Shown one piece after another: positions 9,214 through 19,816 of a DNA stretch of 64,000 nucleotides (position 1 is the first letter of the stretch; the number at the start of each line of letters is the position of its first letter). Source of the DNA: an uncultured virus (IMG/VR IMGVR_UViG_3300035686_000079) (Duplodnaviria; Heunggongvirae; Uroviricota; Caudoviricetes); the IMG/VR virus record IMGVR_UViG_3300035686_000079. One strand, given 5' to 3'. The position numbers were made by a program, and so were the translations under genes. Under the pieces are notes generated by a model, which was not told where the DNA came from, did not search any database, and saw only the letters and a program-made list of their open reading frames with translations.

Positions 9214-10938
9214 TTACTCAACCCAATCAGAGAATTTAGGAAGCACTACTTCCTTCGGATTGCTTGGTGCGACTGGCTCGTGTGATTCTTCATCATCAAA
9301 CCAATCTGAAAATTTAGGCAGGATAACTTCCTGTTTTACTGGGGTTGGATCTGGAGTATGTTCTGGCAAGGGTACGGCTGGACAGAATTTGATATCCATC
9401 CACTCGCTCCGTGATTTTTCCTTCTTAGTTTTGGGTTTGTGCCAAACCCAAAATTGAGTTGTGTACTCCTGCGTAACTGTTAAAACCCCTTCAATATACT
9501 CAAAGGGGATTTCCACAGCTTTTTTATAGTCAGCGCTGCGTTGGTACTGGTATGTACCTTCCTTCCAGCGCAATTCGGCATCTTGAACGACGACTAATCG
9601 GTCTTCTTGCCATTCATACGGAAGTTGAACTGCCGTATGGTAATGATGCTCGACCTTGACCGTTTGATCGCTGTCGGGCACTTGCTCTTGAGTGATGTAG
9701 TAGCGATCTGCTACGACAACAAGAGCGCCGTCTTGTTCCTCTATAGGGAACGTTTCCTCAACGTGTAGACCCATTAAACCGTAATAGCCTTCGCCATCAG
9801 GTTTAATGGTTACTAGATTTTTCCTGCCTCGCCCTAGGGTAAGGCTGATTTCTTTCGACGAAATACATTGAAGGATATCTTCTAGTAGCCTGTAGTCGAG
9901 ATAGGAGGCATCGGGGTCATCTTCCACTTGCGCAGGTAATGACTCCGTGCCATTGCACCCTTCTACGACTATCACCTGCTTTTTAGAGCAACCGGATAGC
10001 CAAGTGTTGGAAGCGGACTTATCCTCCTTAGTGGCCGGAGAACAGCAACGCTTAAATGCATTGAGCAGGGCTTTGCGATCACATTTGATTGCTCCCGCAT
10101 TGCTGGGCTTTGCGATGTTCTCAAAAGTTGGATACTCTCCAGGAATGAGGCGCGATCGGATGACCATCGTGCCTGCCGTTACCAGCACCATCTCCTCATA
10201 GGCTTGAAATGTTACTGTTTGGCTTTCAGCTTTAGACAGGAACTGAATCAATCCTCGGTTGATAGTGAATTTGCAATCGTCTCCAGTAGCTGGAAGGATA
10301 CGATCGCACATTACAACGCCGTTAGTCGATCGAATGTGGGCAAGCCCGTTTTCGACTTCAATGTGTACTCCAGTGATGACCTGTTTGGTCTCATCATGGC
10401 AGGCAAGCTTTGCTGCCCCTTTGAGGATTTCGATCAAAGGCTGAAATTCAAACTCCACCGATTTACTCTCGCCCTGAATTTCCAGTGTTTCTGGGAATTC
10501 GTCGGGGTCGAGGCTCCTGAATTGGTAGTGGAGGTCGTTGAAGGACGATCGGACGTGCAATACGCGAATGTATTCATCCACCTGCTCTTCAAGATTGAAG
10601 TTTAGTGGAATGCGATCGGGGCACTGCTCTAACCAGCGAGCAAAAAGCTCTGCCGATACGAGGGCGCAGAATTGTTGCTCTGTGAGCATTTGCGCCACAA
10701 TAAAGTTATTAAGGTCTGTCGCCGTCGCCGTAAGTATGCCGTCTTTCGCCTGCAATTTAATGCAAGCCAACACGCTATGTGTTGGTTTCTTGGGGACAGC
10801 TGGTAGCACCGCTTTGACCAGGGCTAGCAGCTCCCCTGCCGGAATTGCAGAGTAAGCGTCATCGACAAGCCGGAGGTTTCCTCCAGCTTGAGTGTATTCT
10901 TCGCTATGCATATACTTTGTGGTTACATTGCTATACAT
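9214..10938 (-). CDS. dnaN: DNA polymerase III beta sliding clamp with about 200-aa C-terminal extension (likely start 10911)
   Basis: AVPKKPTHSVLACIKL, LTATATDL, LDPDEFP, DETKQVITGVH, SRLIPGEYP are DnaN hallmarks. Confidence 0.88.
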   Translation of the reverse strand: MYSNVTTKYMHSEEYTQAGGNLRLVDDAYSAIPAGELLALVKAVLPAVPKKPTHSVLACIKLQAKDGILTATATDLNNFIVAQMLTEQQFCALVSAELFARWLEQCPDRIPLNFNLEEQVDEYIRVLHVRSSFNDLHYQFRSLDPDEFPETLEIQGESKSVEFEFQPLIEILKGAAKLACHDETKQVITGVHIEVENGLAHIRSTNGVVMCDRILPATGDDCKFTINRGLIQFLSKAESQTVTFQAYEEMVLVTAGTMVIRSRLIPGEYPTFENIAKPSNAGAIKCDRKALLNAFKRCCSPATKEDKSASNTWLSGCSKKQVIVVEGCNGTESLPAQVEDDPDASYLDYRLLEDILQCISSKEISLTLGRGRKNLVTIKPDGEGYYGLMGLHVEETFPIEEQDGALVVVADRYYITQEQVPDSDQTVKVEHHYHTAVQLPYEWQEDRLVVVQDAELRWKEGTYQYQRSADYKKAVEIPFEYIEGVLTVTQEYTTQFWVWHKPKTKKEKSRSEWMDIKFCPAVPLPEHTPDPTPVKQEVILPKFSDWFDDEESHEPVAPSNPKEVVLPKFSDWVE

Positions 10939-11008
10939 CTATTTTAGCGTTTGCTATAGAGTTTTGTAGTTTGATAGAATGGTAAAGTAGCAATGTAATC
11001 ACACAACA

Positions 11009-12334
11009 ATGAAACCATCTGATATTACAGCCGTTGACTTTTTCTGCGGCTGCGGCGGCTCCACAACGGGAGCTGTAGAGGCAGGCGTTCGTGTAACCCA
11101 CGCGGTTAACCACGAGCAGATTGCGATCGCCTCGCACAACACAAACTACCCGGACACAGACCACGATTGTGTGGATGTGACCCAAATCCCAGCTAATCGA
11201 TATCCAGAAGCAACTCTAGGGTTGTTCTCTCCGGAATGTGGAGGACATGGAACGGCAGCGGGGAAGAAGCGAGTAGTTGGGCAGTTAAGTTTGTTCGAGC
11301 AAGAACAAGCCGACATTGGACGGGAGCGATCGCGAATGACGATGATGGAGGTTTGCCGCTTTACAGAAGCGCTGAACTTCCAATACGTTATCGTCGAGAA
11401 TGTGCCGGAAGTCACTCGCTGGTATCTGTTCGATCAGTGGCTGTACGAGCTAACTAAACTGGGGTACAAACACAAGATTGTGAGTTTCAACTCGCAATTC
11501 GCTTATCCGATCCCTCAAAGTCGAGATCGGGTGTATATCCACTTTTGGCGCAAGGGCAACCGTGCCCCAAATTTGGAGTACAAGCCCACGGGGTTTTGTG
11601 CAACTTGCAATAAATCCGTCTCGACCTACCAGCACTGGAAAAACCAGAGAATTACTGTTGGGCGTTATCGCCAGCAGTACGTCTATCGGTGTGATCGCTG
11701 CTTTAATGTTGTTGAGCCAGATGTAGCTTCGGCTGCATCTATCGTTAACTGGGACTTAGTTTGTCCCAAGATAGGTGATCGTATCCAGCCGCTAAGGACG
11801 GCAACATTAAAACGTATAGAAATAGGGCTGCAAAAATACGGCATCCCTTTTCTAGCTGAGTTGTATGGCACTGGTACAGCCAGATCGTTAGAAAAGCCAA
11901 TTGGAACTATTACGACCAGTGGCGCTCATCACGCCTTGGTTGCTCACCCCTCCTTCTTGGTGCAGTATAACGGTAAAAGCCATGCTTCCAGCCTTAGCGA
12001 GCCACTGCCAACGATCACGACAGTTGATCGCTGTGGTCTAGTCGATGCTCATTTCCTGCTTCAGTACTACGGCAGAGAGTCGGCGGCTAGCTCTACTACT
12101 AAACCCTTGCCCACTATCACAACGGAAAACCGTCACGCCCTAATTCAGTGCGCCCATGAGGTGCTTGAATGCGGTTTTCGGATGCTCCAACCAGCAGAAC
12201 TCAAGTTGGGCATGGGCTTCCAAGAAAGCTACGTAGTACTGGGAAATAAAAAGCAGCAAGTCAAGCAAGTTGGTAATGCCGTTACCCCTGGTGCGTTGAA
12301 GTGGCAAATTGAACGTGCCATAGAAAGTCTCTAA
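11009..12334 (+). CDS. Phage-type DNA (cytosine-5) methyltransferase
   Basis: Motifs DFFCGCGG (I), SPEC (IV), ENV (VI), QSRDR (VIII), RML...EL...GF and QVGNAV; repeated PLPTITT units. Confidence 0.93.
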   Translation: MKPSDITAVDFFCGCGGSTTGAVEAGVRVTHAVNHEQIAIASHNTNYPDTDHDCVDVTQIPANRYPEATLGLFSPECGGHGTAAGKKRVVGQLSLFEQEQADIGRERSRMTMMEVCRFTEALNFQYVIVENVPEVTRWYLFDQWLYELTKLGYKHKIVSFNSQFAYPIPQSRDRVYIHFWRKGNRAPNLEYKPTGFCATCNKSVSTYQHWKNQRITVGRYRQQYVYRCDRCFNVVEPDVASAASIVNWDLVCPKIGDRIQPLRTATLKRIEIGLQKYGIPFLAELYGTGTARSLEKPIGTITTSGAHHALVAHPSFLVQYNGKSHASSLSEPLPTITTVDRCGLVDAHFLLQYYGRESAASSTTKPLPTITTENRHALIQCAHEVLECGFRMLQPAELKLGMGFQESYVVLGNKKQQVKQVGNAVTPGALKWQIERAIESL

Positions 12335-12337
12335 TCA

Positions 12338-12361
12338 AACACCGTTCGACCGAACGGTGTT
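12338..12361. repeat. 24-bp palindrome, copy 2
   Basis: AACACCGTTCGACCGAACGGTGTT. Confidence 0.95.
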
Positions 12362-12441
12362 CTTAAGCTCACTCATACTTGAGTGGGCTTTTCTGTTGTA
12401 ACATTGCTACAATAGAATTGTGTACCACAAGCAGTGCAACT

Positions 12442-12744
12442 ATGAGCAAGACAAAAAAGGCTCTTGAGCCGAAGTTAATCAATCGACACTCTTTTCCCAT
12501 CAACGAGAAAGACCCCAGCGATCCATTTTCTGGGATCACATCGGAATGGTATGTAGGGTACGACATTGCATACGATCGCCTCCACAGTTTTCCTGTGGAA
12601 CAGCGAGGTGTTTTGACGGTGCATCAACCACTGATTATCAGCACGCCAGTTGGTATACTTTCCAACTGCAATAACGATTACTACATCAAGTACCATCGCC
12701 AAGATGGGCTATGGAGAGTCGATCTCAGACTTCCAGTTGCTTAA
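12442..12744 (+). CDS. Hypothetical protein (start reassigned to ATG 12442)
   Basis: ATG directly follows the AAGCAGTGCAAC leader motif; terminator hairpin after the stop. Confidence 0.6.
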   Translation: MSKTKKALEPKLINRHSFPINEKDPSDPFSGITSEWYVGYDIAYDRLHSFPVEQRGVLTVHQPLIISTPVGILSNCNNDYYIKYHRQDGLWRVDLRLPVA

Positions 12745-12813
12745 GGCAACAAAAAATGCCTCAGCGTGTATCTGAGGCAGCACGAACGAAACTTGTAACA
12801 TTATCTATCAACA

Positions 12814-13185
12814 ATGAACAACAAACCAAAAGCCTTGTTTCTAGGCTCTGATGGCAACATCTATCCAGACCATCAGATATGTTCGGGCATGATTCCTGCC
12901 GAGCTTAATGGCAAACCTTGCATTTATGCCCAAGAGGGTTGTATCCCAGAACCTCAGCCACTCAATGCTGAGGACGAATACTATAGTGTTGACAAAGGGA
13001 AGCCAGGAGATCTGTGCCCTCCCTGCGCCAAGCACAACCTATCGAATTTAGGGCACTGGCAAGGACATGGGAAGCAAACCTTCCCAGAAGAATTGCTACC
13101 ACTACGGCTGTTTAAATGCCGAATGTGGTTCTGGCTGGTGATACCCGGCTTATACGAAGACGATCCTACTCAGATCAAAGAGTAA
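12814..13185 (+). CDS. Hypothetical Cys-containing protein
   Basis: 123-aa ORF with a CPPC motif. Confidence 0.7.
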   Translation: MNNKPKALFLGSDGNIYPDHQICSGMIPAELNGKPCIYAQEGCIPEPQPLNAEDEYYSVDKGKPGDLCPPCAKHNLSNLGHWQGHGKQTFPEELLPLRLFKCRMWFWLVIPGLYEDDPTQIKE

Positions 13186-13201
13186 CGATCGTTGAATAGA
13201 T

Positions 13202-13765
13202 TTGCCTCGGATTATTCCGGGGCAACTTAGTTTAACCCTACTGGAATTTAAAAAGATGGAAACACTTTTAGCGTACAAATTGCAGTTAGAGAAGCTTGCA
13301 GAGGGCGAGCCAGTGGAAACTGGTTTTTACTTTGACGAGCCTTACGAGCCAAATGTAGATGGCGACTACTGCGAGCTATGTGCAAACTGGATTGTAGAGC
13401 TAATGCGATGCAAGCTAATCATGGACTGCCTCGCTTTCTTGCCCTATCCAGTGCTAGCCCAGCGTTACTATCAATTTTATTGGCAATGGTGGGAGTTCTC
13501 CTGGTGGGGAGAAAGCGAAATTCACCCTCACGTAAGTTGGACAGAAAGAGACAATATGATTTGCTGCGATCGATGCAGTGTAATGTTGTCTTACTCCCTC
13601 ACTGAGTATGGGATTGCTTCGGAGATTGAACATTTCGAGTCTCTAGAAAACATCTCGATCGATTCACGAGAAGCGTATCAACTATGGCAAATCTTTGATT
13701 CAGCACTTGACCTTGAAGTTTTTGTCGATGAGTTGATATTCCTAGGTAAAAAATATCTAGGTTAA
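13202..13765 (+). CDS. Hypothetical protein with two CxxC motifs (possible start 13256)
   Basis: CELC and CDRC. Confidence 0.65.
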   Translation: MPRIIPGQLSLTLLEFKKMETLLAYKLQLEKLAEGEPVETGFYFDEPYEPNVDGDYCELCANWIVELMRCKLIMDCLAFLPYPVLAQRYYQFYWQWWEFSWWGESEIHPHVSWTERDNMICCDRCSVMLSYSLTEYGIASEIEHFESLENISIDSREAYQLWQIFDSALDLEVFVDELIFLGKKYLG

Positions 13766-13878
13766 TTACCTGTTGCTGAACCACAGCAACAGCAAGTCAA
13801 GCCCATTCAGATATGAATGGGCTTTTCTGTTGCAACAATGCTAGAATGATAGAGTAACACTACAAGCAATGCAACCAG

Positions 13879-14577
13879 ATGAATATTTTCAAAGTCGATT
13901 ATAACTTCGGCGGACTGCCATCTACTGAAGTCATCATCAACAACGAAGTTGAGGTGTCTTCTTACGTTTCTGAGTTCCGTCTCATCGGAATTGAATGGCA
14001 TGGAGAAGGAGCGGTGCCTCACTGGCACCTGACACTAATCGTGCGATCGACTGGTCGCACAGACAAGGTTGAATGGTCGTTCCTGAAAAGGCGCGACCTC
14101 AATGGTTCAGGAACTCGCCGCAACAAGCGGCTAGCTAATGGAGATCGTTATAGCTATAAACAGCGGTTTCTTTCCATTTCATTCTGGAAGTGGTTCATCA
14201 GCTGGCATCCTTCCTCTCTTACGGGAAAATCGCCTATTGAAGCGATCGCTCCTTTTAGTGCAGTGTTCAAACCCATATACATTCCCTTTGTGGCTCCCAA
14301 GCCACATAAGGAGCGGAAGCGGTTGCAGAAATTTGCAAATAAGGAAGCCTTGGTTTCCGCGAAAGTGGAAGCCCTAGTCCACCAGTCTCTAGAAGAAGGG
14401 ACTGACAAGCCAATACTAGACCTCTACTCGTTCCACAAGGAGCAGGTGAAGCCAGTCTATTGCCCGAAGGTTTATGACGGGGGATTCTTTATCCCCGGTT
14501 TTGGATATTCGTGCGAACGAGTGGGAGTGGAGGTGACGCCGACGAGCGTTACATTTCACCCTGAGTTAATGGGGTAA
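13879..14577 (+). CDS. Hypothetical protein
   Basis: 232-aa ORF preceded by the AGCAATGCAAC motif and followed by a terminator. Confidence 0.7.
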   Translation: MNIFKVDYNFGGLPSTEVIINNEVEVSSYVSEFRLIGIEWHGEGAVPHWHLTLIVRSTGRTDKVEWSFLKRRDLNGSGTRRNKRLANGDRYSYKQRFLSISFWKWFISWHPSSLTGKSPIEAIAPFSAVFKPIYIPFVAPKPHKERKRLQKFANKEALVSAKVEALVHQSLEEGTDKPILDLYSFHKEQVKPVYCPKVYDGGFFIPGFGYSCERVGVEVTPTSVTFHPELMG

Positions 14578-14657
14578 TCTAAACGATCGCCCTAAAAAGG
14601 GAAAACCCTGCTTTTGAGCGGGGTTTTCTTTATGCAGACACTCTAACTAACCACATT

Positions 14658-15419
14658 ATGGCACTAACAGTTCTCACATATAAACAGTCCGGTATGAAAG
14701 CCGTCTACCATGAGGACAATCAAATTACCAAAACAATCAACGTGTTATCGCTGACTGTTTTGCAAGACAATGCAGAAGTCTATCAAGGTAAAGCTGATTT
14801 TTATGTCAGCACCTTGGTAGAGAACGGATGGGAAATTTGGGATATCAATTTATCGATATTCTCCGAAAAAGAAATCCGAGCTATGCGGACAACTGCATGG
14901 CATTTGCACAAACGCACAGAGGCGGATCGTCGCCTTGCATCATTGCAGGCTCCCATCATGGCTAAAGCCTTGGGACGATCGCTCAAAGACAACCATTATG
15001 CGCATTTCTATTGCGCTGAATGGGGTACGGACGCAATCACATGTGGTTGCGATTTAGTTTGGAAAACTGGGGGACAAAAAATCATCCAGTTTTGCCTAGC
15101 TATTACCAGCTTTGAAGACTTAGAACTTCGGGACTATACCGAGGAGCTGATGTGGCGACAATATATTAAAGGTCGTCGCGATAAAGGTCTTCCTTTTTCT
15201 ACTGAAGGGCGATGGAACCCCTATCGGAACGGGGAGCAACTAAGTGATTTAGAACGCCAAGCTATTCTTGACGCTCAAGAAGCCAAGCGAGGTAGGTTTG
15301 CCGCCTGTGGCGTGTCAGACCTCAATGCACTTTTTGATTCACTTTCTAACACATCTGTGAAGGACACAAAACCATTCACAGTAGATGACTTACCGAAGTT
15401 CTCAGATTTCGTTGAGTAA
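14658..15419 (+). CDS. Hypothetical protein ending LPKFSDFVE
   Basis: 253-aa ORF. Confidence 0.75.
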   Translation: MALTVLTYKQSGMKAVYHEDNQITKTINVLSLTVLQDNAEVYQGKADFYVSTLVENGWEIWDINLSIFSEKEIRAMRTTAWHLHKRTEADRRLASLQAPIMAKALGRSLKDNHYAHFYCAEWGTDAITCGCDLVWKTGGQKIIQFCLAITSFEDLELRDYTEELMWRQYIKGRRDKGLPFSTEGRWNPYRNGEQLSDLERQAILDAQEAKRGRFAACGVSDLNALFDSLSNTSVKDTKPFTVDDLPKFSDFVE

Positions 15420-15504
15420 GCAAAACCCCGATCGCACCTAACCACAAAGCCTCAGTCCCTGCAAGGGATTGGGGCTTTTCTTTGCGTTAGAATAGAGTAA
15501 GGCA

Positions 15505-16410
15505 ATGCAACCAACAACAAATATGGAACATACTGAAAACGCCGAGCCATCGGTGATGTTTGACGTAGCTAATTTCACGGACGATCGCATTATCTACGAA
15601 ATTCTCGAAGCCGTAGGCTTGGTGACTGAATTTGGCAAGGAAAAAGCAATTGCAGATTACGGGTCGCAAGTTGACCTTGTAGTAGCCAGAGAGTGGATGA
15701 TCAAATCCAATGAAGCAGAGGAAAAACTAGCTCAATACAAAGTAGTGAGAAATCAACTCTATTACTTGAGGAAACGACTAAACCCAATGGAAGATCGGTA
15801 CCTAGATAGTTTGTCTACACCAAGGCATCTATTGAAATATAAGGAACGCCTACACTTACTGGACAACCATCCAGAAATATCAGTCTTGCGTCGGGAGAAA
15901 GCCGAATTGCAAGCTGAATGCGATCACAGATCTAAAGCCTACGATCGGGCTTCTAATGAAGCATTCGCGATCAGCAAAAAGCTATTCAAGCCCCAACCCA
16001 AAAAGCCAAGGCAACCTAAACCTGAAAAGGATTACGCTGCTTTGGTTGAATACTGGGAAAGGAAACTAAGCGGTGCTACCTACCGCTTGAACAGAGCGAT
16101 AGGTGCATTAGAGACTGCTCAGAAGAACTACGATCGTATCTGTGGCAACGGTAGTGAAATTCTTCAACATTTCCACATGGGAATGGTTGGAGGCAGTGGC
16201 AAGAATGTCAAAGCGCTCAACAGAAAAAAGGAGCGCCAACTCGATAGCACCATTGAAGCTGCCAGAAAACTGAGAGCGGCTCAAGAACGAGTAAACAGCT
16301 TGCAATCAACTGTTGACCTATACCAGAAAAACTTGGATAAAGCTGCATCCAAGGTAAAGGTTACTAGTACACAAGTAACACTACCCAGTTTTGCAGACTG
16401 GGTAGAGTAG
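15505..16410 (+). CDS. Coiled-coil protein ending LPSFADWVE
   Basis: 301-aa helical ORF; terminator follows. Confidence 0.75.
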   Translation: MQPTTNMEHTENAEPSVMFDVANFTDDRIIYEILEAVGLVTEFGKEKAIADYGSQVDLVVAREWMIKSNEAEEKLAQYKVVRNQLYYLRKRLNPMEDRYLDSLSTPRHLLKYKERLHLLDNHPEISVLRREKAELQAECDHRSKAYDRASNEAFAISKKLFKPQPKKPRQPKPEKDYAALVEYWERKLSGATYRLNRAIGALETAQKNYDRICGNGSEILQHFHMGMVGGSGKNVKALNRKKERQLDSTIEAARKLRAAQERVNSLQSTVDLYQKNLDKAASKVKVTSTQVTLPSFADWVE

Positions 16411-16537
16411 AAACCCCGAAGACCCCCTGCTCCTCGAAAAGGCTTAGGGGGTCTTTGTTTTGGGTGTTTTAGCTTAATGTCTTAGTACAACATTTTGAAT
16501 TATGTTATCATAGATATGTAGCAATGTAATCACAACA

Positions 16538-16897
16538 ATGTTGAATAATTACGATAAATACGGGCATCTCCGCATTGGGGATGTCTGTCGGTTCGAGCAA
16601 AGCCTTGCGCCCAGGTCATCTTCCCTGATGATTCCGGAACTCTATGAGCCTCGGAATTGGATGGTGATAGCCTTTGGCATTGGCAAGGATGTCGATGAGG
16701 TGTACGTCCGCCGTTTCCACGACGGACTGGTCGTTAAGATACCGACCTACATAGCGATCGCCAACCGCCTTAAGCACCCCAAACAGGGACAAGGTGGTTT
16801 TTGGGCAAAAATCAAAGCGGTGCAACGGATTAACCAAACCCTATATCTGGATATAGCGGCAACACTTGCCGACGCCAAAAGAAAGCGACTGATTTAA
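16538..16897 (+). CDS. Hypothetical protein
   Basis: Leader TAGCAATGTAATCACAACAATG nearly identical to that of the C5 methylase. Confidence 0.7.
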   Translation: MLNNYDKYGHLRIGDVCRFEQSLAPRSSSLMIPELYEPRNWMVIAFGIGKDVDEVYVRRFHDGLVVKIPTYIAIANRLKHPKQGQGGFWAKIKAVQRINQTLYLDIAATLADAKRKRLI

Positions 16898-16940
16898 CAG
16901 CGCTCCTTGCAGGGGGCGATCGTTCAAGAACAGCCAAGCA

Positions 16941-17312
16941 ATGCAACCCAGAATAACTATGTCTCAAGGAAGAATAATTACGTTGCCGAGGGATGCGTTT
17001 CATTACGCATTACTACTCAAAAACATTGCACAACTTAGTTTGTGTATTTTAGACAATCAAGTGAACGGGTTGAAGTTAGAAGAGGAGCTAGAAGGAGATC
17101 AGTTCATCATAGAGCAAAATGAGTCAAGCGGCGCATTTTACGTTGCTAACTACTTCTTGACATTGAATGATGAACCAATTGAGGTTTATATTCCTCTACA
17201 CAGCCGTCATGGCTGGGTACTAAAAGCAACCTACAAAGGCGAAGACTATGAAGTCTTTGATGAAAAGGGCAACTTTATTGCAAACTTTGAAGCTTCGATT
17301 CCAGTCGGTTAA
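16941..17312 (+). CDS. Hypothetical acidic protein
   Basis: 123-aa ORF followed by a terminator. Confidence 0.65.
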   Translation: MQPRITMSQGRIITLPRDAFHYALLLKNIAQLSLCILDNQVNGLKLEEELEGDQFIIEQNESSGAFYVANYFLTLNDEPIEVYIPLHSRHGWVLKATYKGEDYEVFDEKGNFIANFEASIPVG

Positions 17313-17334
17313 GCGAAGCTAGAAATGGACACTC

Positions 17335-17362
17335 AACACCCACCCCTAAAGGTGGGTGTTTT
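17335..17362 (+). terminator. Intrinsic terminator
   Basis: AACACCCACC-cctaaa-GGTGGGTGTT followed by TT. Confidence 0.75.
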
Positions 17363-17417
17363 GTTATCACAAGTGTTAATATAGATATATAGCAATGCAA
17401 CAATAAGGAGCATATCA

Positions 17418-18356
17418 ATGCCTTTCAAATACGGAGAACCCGTGTGGGTCGAGTTCCTGCGTCCACTCAACCTTGTCAAAAAAGGAGAGACGTTTGGAGT
17501 GGATCGTAAAGACGAGTTTCAAGGTTACATGCTTTGCAACTATGACGTATGCAATCCCGAACCCAAAAACATAAAGCTGGCAATCACGATCGAATCACAG
17601 ATCTTTACTGGGGAATTCCCCCGAAATTCTGTGGATATCACAGCTCGCCCAGCCGAAGACAAACTCCCAGAGTTCACAATTTCTCATTTTGGACTCTACA
17701 AATTATGTGTTGAGGAGTGTTGGGTCGAATGTCAGCGGATCAAGCACAAGTGGCACGACCTGCCACTTACCCTTCCGCTCAAATCGAAACAGTCTTCAGC
17801 TGGGTTTTGGGAAATGTGCGAACGATCGATTAAGTATGGTCAGCTATACAAGCCTGACCAACTCAACCTTCGCAAGCTCATTTCAAATTGCAAACGACTT
17901 TGGTTGTTTGGAATCAAGAGCGATCGTATCCCCGACTTGTATGACATTGCAGGAAAACTCCTGTGTCAAGACCCGTGGGTTAAACCATGGGGTTCGCAGG
18001 GAGTCGGCAACGTACCGTTCAATCCAGACCAATTGTTCACCTATGAACATCACTGGTACGAAATGCTTGCCGCCCTACACTGGCTTCCACCAGTCACACC
18101 TATCGAGGTGGACGTGGAAGCTTGGGATTATTTCTTGGAGGTTCTTCCTCCACTGATGATGTCCTGTCACTTCGAGTGGCAAGGGCAAACTCAATACCTC
18201 TCCTATGTCATGGGAGAGGGAACCCCTCTCACCGGAGGGTTCTACAAAAATGACAAACACTACCTGGTTAGCGTTCCTGCAAATGCCAAGATTTGGCACA
18301 GGACTAGTAGCAAGGATAAGGCTGTTACAGCTTCGTACTTGTTCTACAACCGCTAA
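17418..18356 (+). CDS. Hypothetical protein
   Basis: 312-aa ORF with AAGGAG SD; C-terminal EAWDYFLEVLPP motif. Confidence 0.75.
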   Translation: MPFKYGEPVWVEFLRPLNLVKKGETFGVDRKDEFQGYMLCNYDVCNPEPKNIKLAITIESQIFTGEFPRNSVDITARPAEDKLPEFTISHFGLYKLCVEECWVECQRIKHKWHDLPLTLPLKSKQSSAGFWEMCERSIKYGQLYKPDQLNLRKLISNCKRLWLFGIKSDRIPDLYDIAGKLLCQDPWVKPWGSQGVGNVPFNPDQLFTYEHHWYEMLAALHWLPPVTPIEVDVEAWDYFLEVLPPLMMSCHFEWQGQTQYLSYVMGEGTPLTGGFYKNDKHYLVSVPANAKIWHRTSSKDKAVTASYLFYNR

Positions 18357-18423
18357 CACTCTCGATAAATAACTCACTCCCCCAGCCGTAAAAAGCTGGG
18401 GTTATTTTCGTGGAGAATCGCAC

Positions 18424-19014
18424 ATGACTGAGCTGAAACATCTGTTATCTCAAATCATTGGGAAAACAACGGCAAACAAGCTAATTAAGACTCTCCAAGA
18501 AATTGGAGACCCAGCTTACTTATTGCAAATCTCCTCCTATGAGGAGCTTTGTCATTACGTAGGTGAAAAGGCGGCGGCTAAAGTTATTGCTGCCCTAGCA
18601 TTGGGGCAGGTCGTCCGCATCCCAACTCATAAATGGACGGTCTCTTCCCCAAGAGCTGTATACCACGCCTTAAACTGCAATGCCCGTCCCAGACAGGAAT
18701 GCCTACAGGCGATATATGTAAATGCCCACCTAGAAGTGCTGGGCATAAAGACAATTAACATTGGCACGGCAGTAGAGTCTCTCGTAGACTCAAATGAATT
18801 TTTTCGTTGGGCGATCGTATTCAATGCGGCAGCGGCGATCGTTGCTCACAATCACCCAGGCGGGAGCCTTACTCCCAGTCCCGAAGATCTTGCGATCACC
18901 AAGCAACTGATCGCCGCTGGAAAAACAATCAATGTCGAGCTTCTCGATAGCTTGATATTGACGCTCTATACTTACCGATCACTCAAGCAAGACTACCCAC
19001 AACTGTGGGAGTAA
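18424..19014 (+). CDS. radC: RadC-like JAB/MPN domain protein
   Basis: KAAAKVIAALALG, QECL, JAMM motif HNHPGGSLTPSPED, LLDSLI. Confidence 0.9.
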   Translation: MTELKHLLSQIIGKTTANKLIKTLQEIGDPAYLLQISSYEELCHYVGEKAAAKVIAALALGQVVRIPTHKWTVSSPRAVYHALNCNARPRQECLQAIYVNAHLEVLGIKTINIGTAVESLVDSNEFFRWAIVFNAAAAIVAHNHPGGSLTPSPEDLAITKQLIAAGKTINVELLDSLILTLYTYRSLKQDYPQLWE

Positions 19015-19036
19015 CACCGTTCGGTCGAACGGTGTT
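19013..19036. repeat. 24-bp palindrome, copy 3
   Basis: AACACCGTTCGGTCGAACGGTGTT, overlapping the radC TAA. Confidence 0.95.
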
Positions 19037-19324
19037 AGTGAAAAACTAAGACAAAAACGCTAAAACCCTTTACTTATGAGGGTTAAGGATTGTTCAGCCG
19101 AATAGTCCAACGACAAGACGCTGAACCCCCTAACAAGGTTCAGCGCCTGCTCATGAATATTGCTCAGTTAGCAGTAATCGCATTCTCATTCTAACTCAAG
19201 AGCAATCATTCGCAAAAAACAGTCAAACCCCAGTCCCTGTAAAGGTTCTGGGGTTTTTGTTGTGTTAGAATGTAAGTGTGGCAACAATGTCACATTTAGC
19301 AATGCAACAAAAAGGACAAATAAC

Positions 19325-19816
19325 ATGGTCGCCTTCCACTACATCAATTGGTGCGAGGTTGCTCGGTTCATGGGCAAAGACAATTTTTTAATGCGTCTGA
19401 CGCCTGAGGAAGTCAGATTCTATCTGGCTCCTTATGGCGATATCTGCATCGCAAACAACGGACAAGAGGTTAATGTCTTCTGGTCTATCATTCCCAAACT
19501 GGAACTAAACTTCCCGGAGACGCTAACAACGTGGCAATTCAAGCTACATGAAAGCATCCCTCTCAACACGAGAGACAGCAAGCAAATTGCCACAGAAATT
19601 AAAGCGGCACTTGATAATGCGATCGCTCAGTCGATCGCAGAACAACCGATTCTGTATTCCAGAAAACCGGAGACGGGACTTGAAGTTCGCGTCATCAAAG
19701 AAGACGGCGAGTACATCATCCAGACTCGTTTCCCAGGAACGCTTTGGGAAAACCAGCTGGGAATGACCGATCGGAAACAAGTCCTTATAGAGGCAATAAG
19801 CTTCTGTAGTCTTTAA
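19325..19816 (+). CDS. Hypothetical protein (start reassigned from 19262)
   Basis: AAGGA SD and the AGCAATGCAAC motif precede ATG 19325; its TAA abuts hammerhead 1. Confidence 0.65.
   Translation: MVAFHYINWCEVARFMGKDNFLMRLTPEEVRFYLAPYGDICIANNGQEVNVFWSIIPKLELNFPETLTTWQFKLHESIPLNTRDSKQIATEIKAALDNAIAQSIAEQPILYSRKPETGLEVRVIKEDGEYIIQTRFPGTLWENQLGMTDRKQVLIEAISFCSL

Noticed and set aside
12398..12410. GTA...TAC as an NtcA box
   Set aside because: Spacer is 7 nt rather than 8; fits the AGCAATG motif family better
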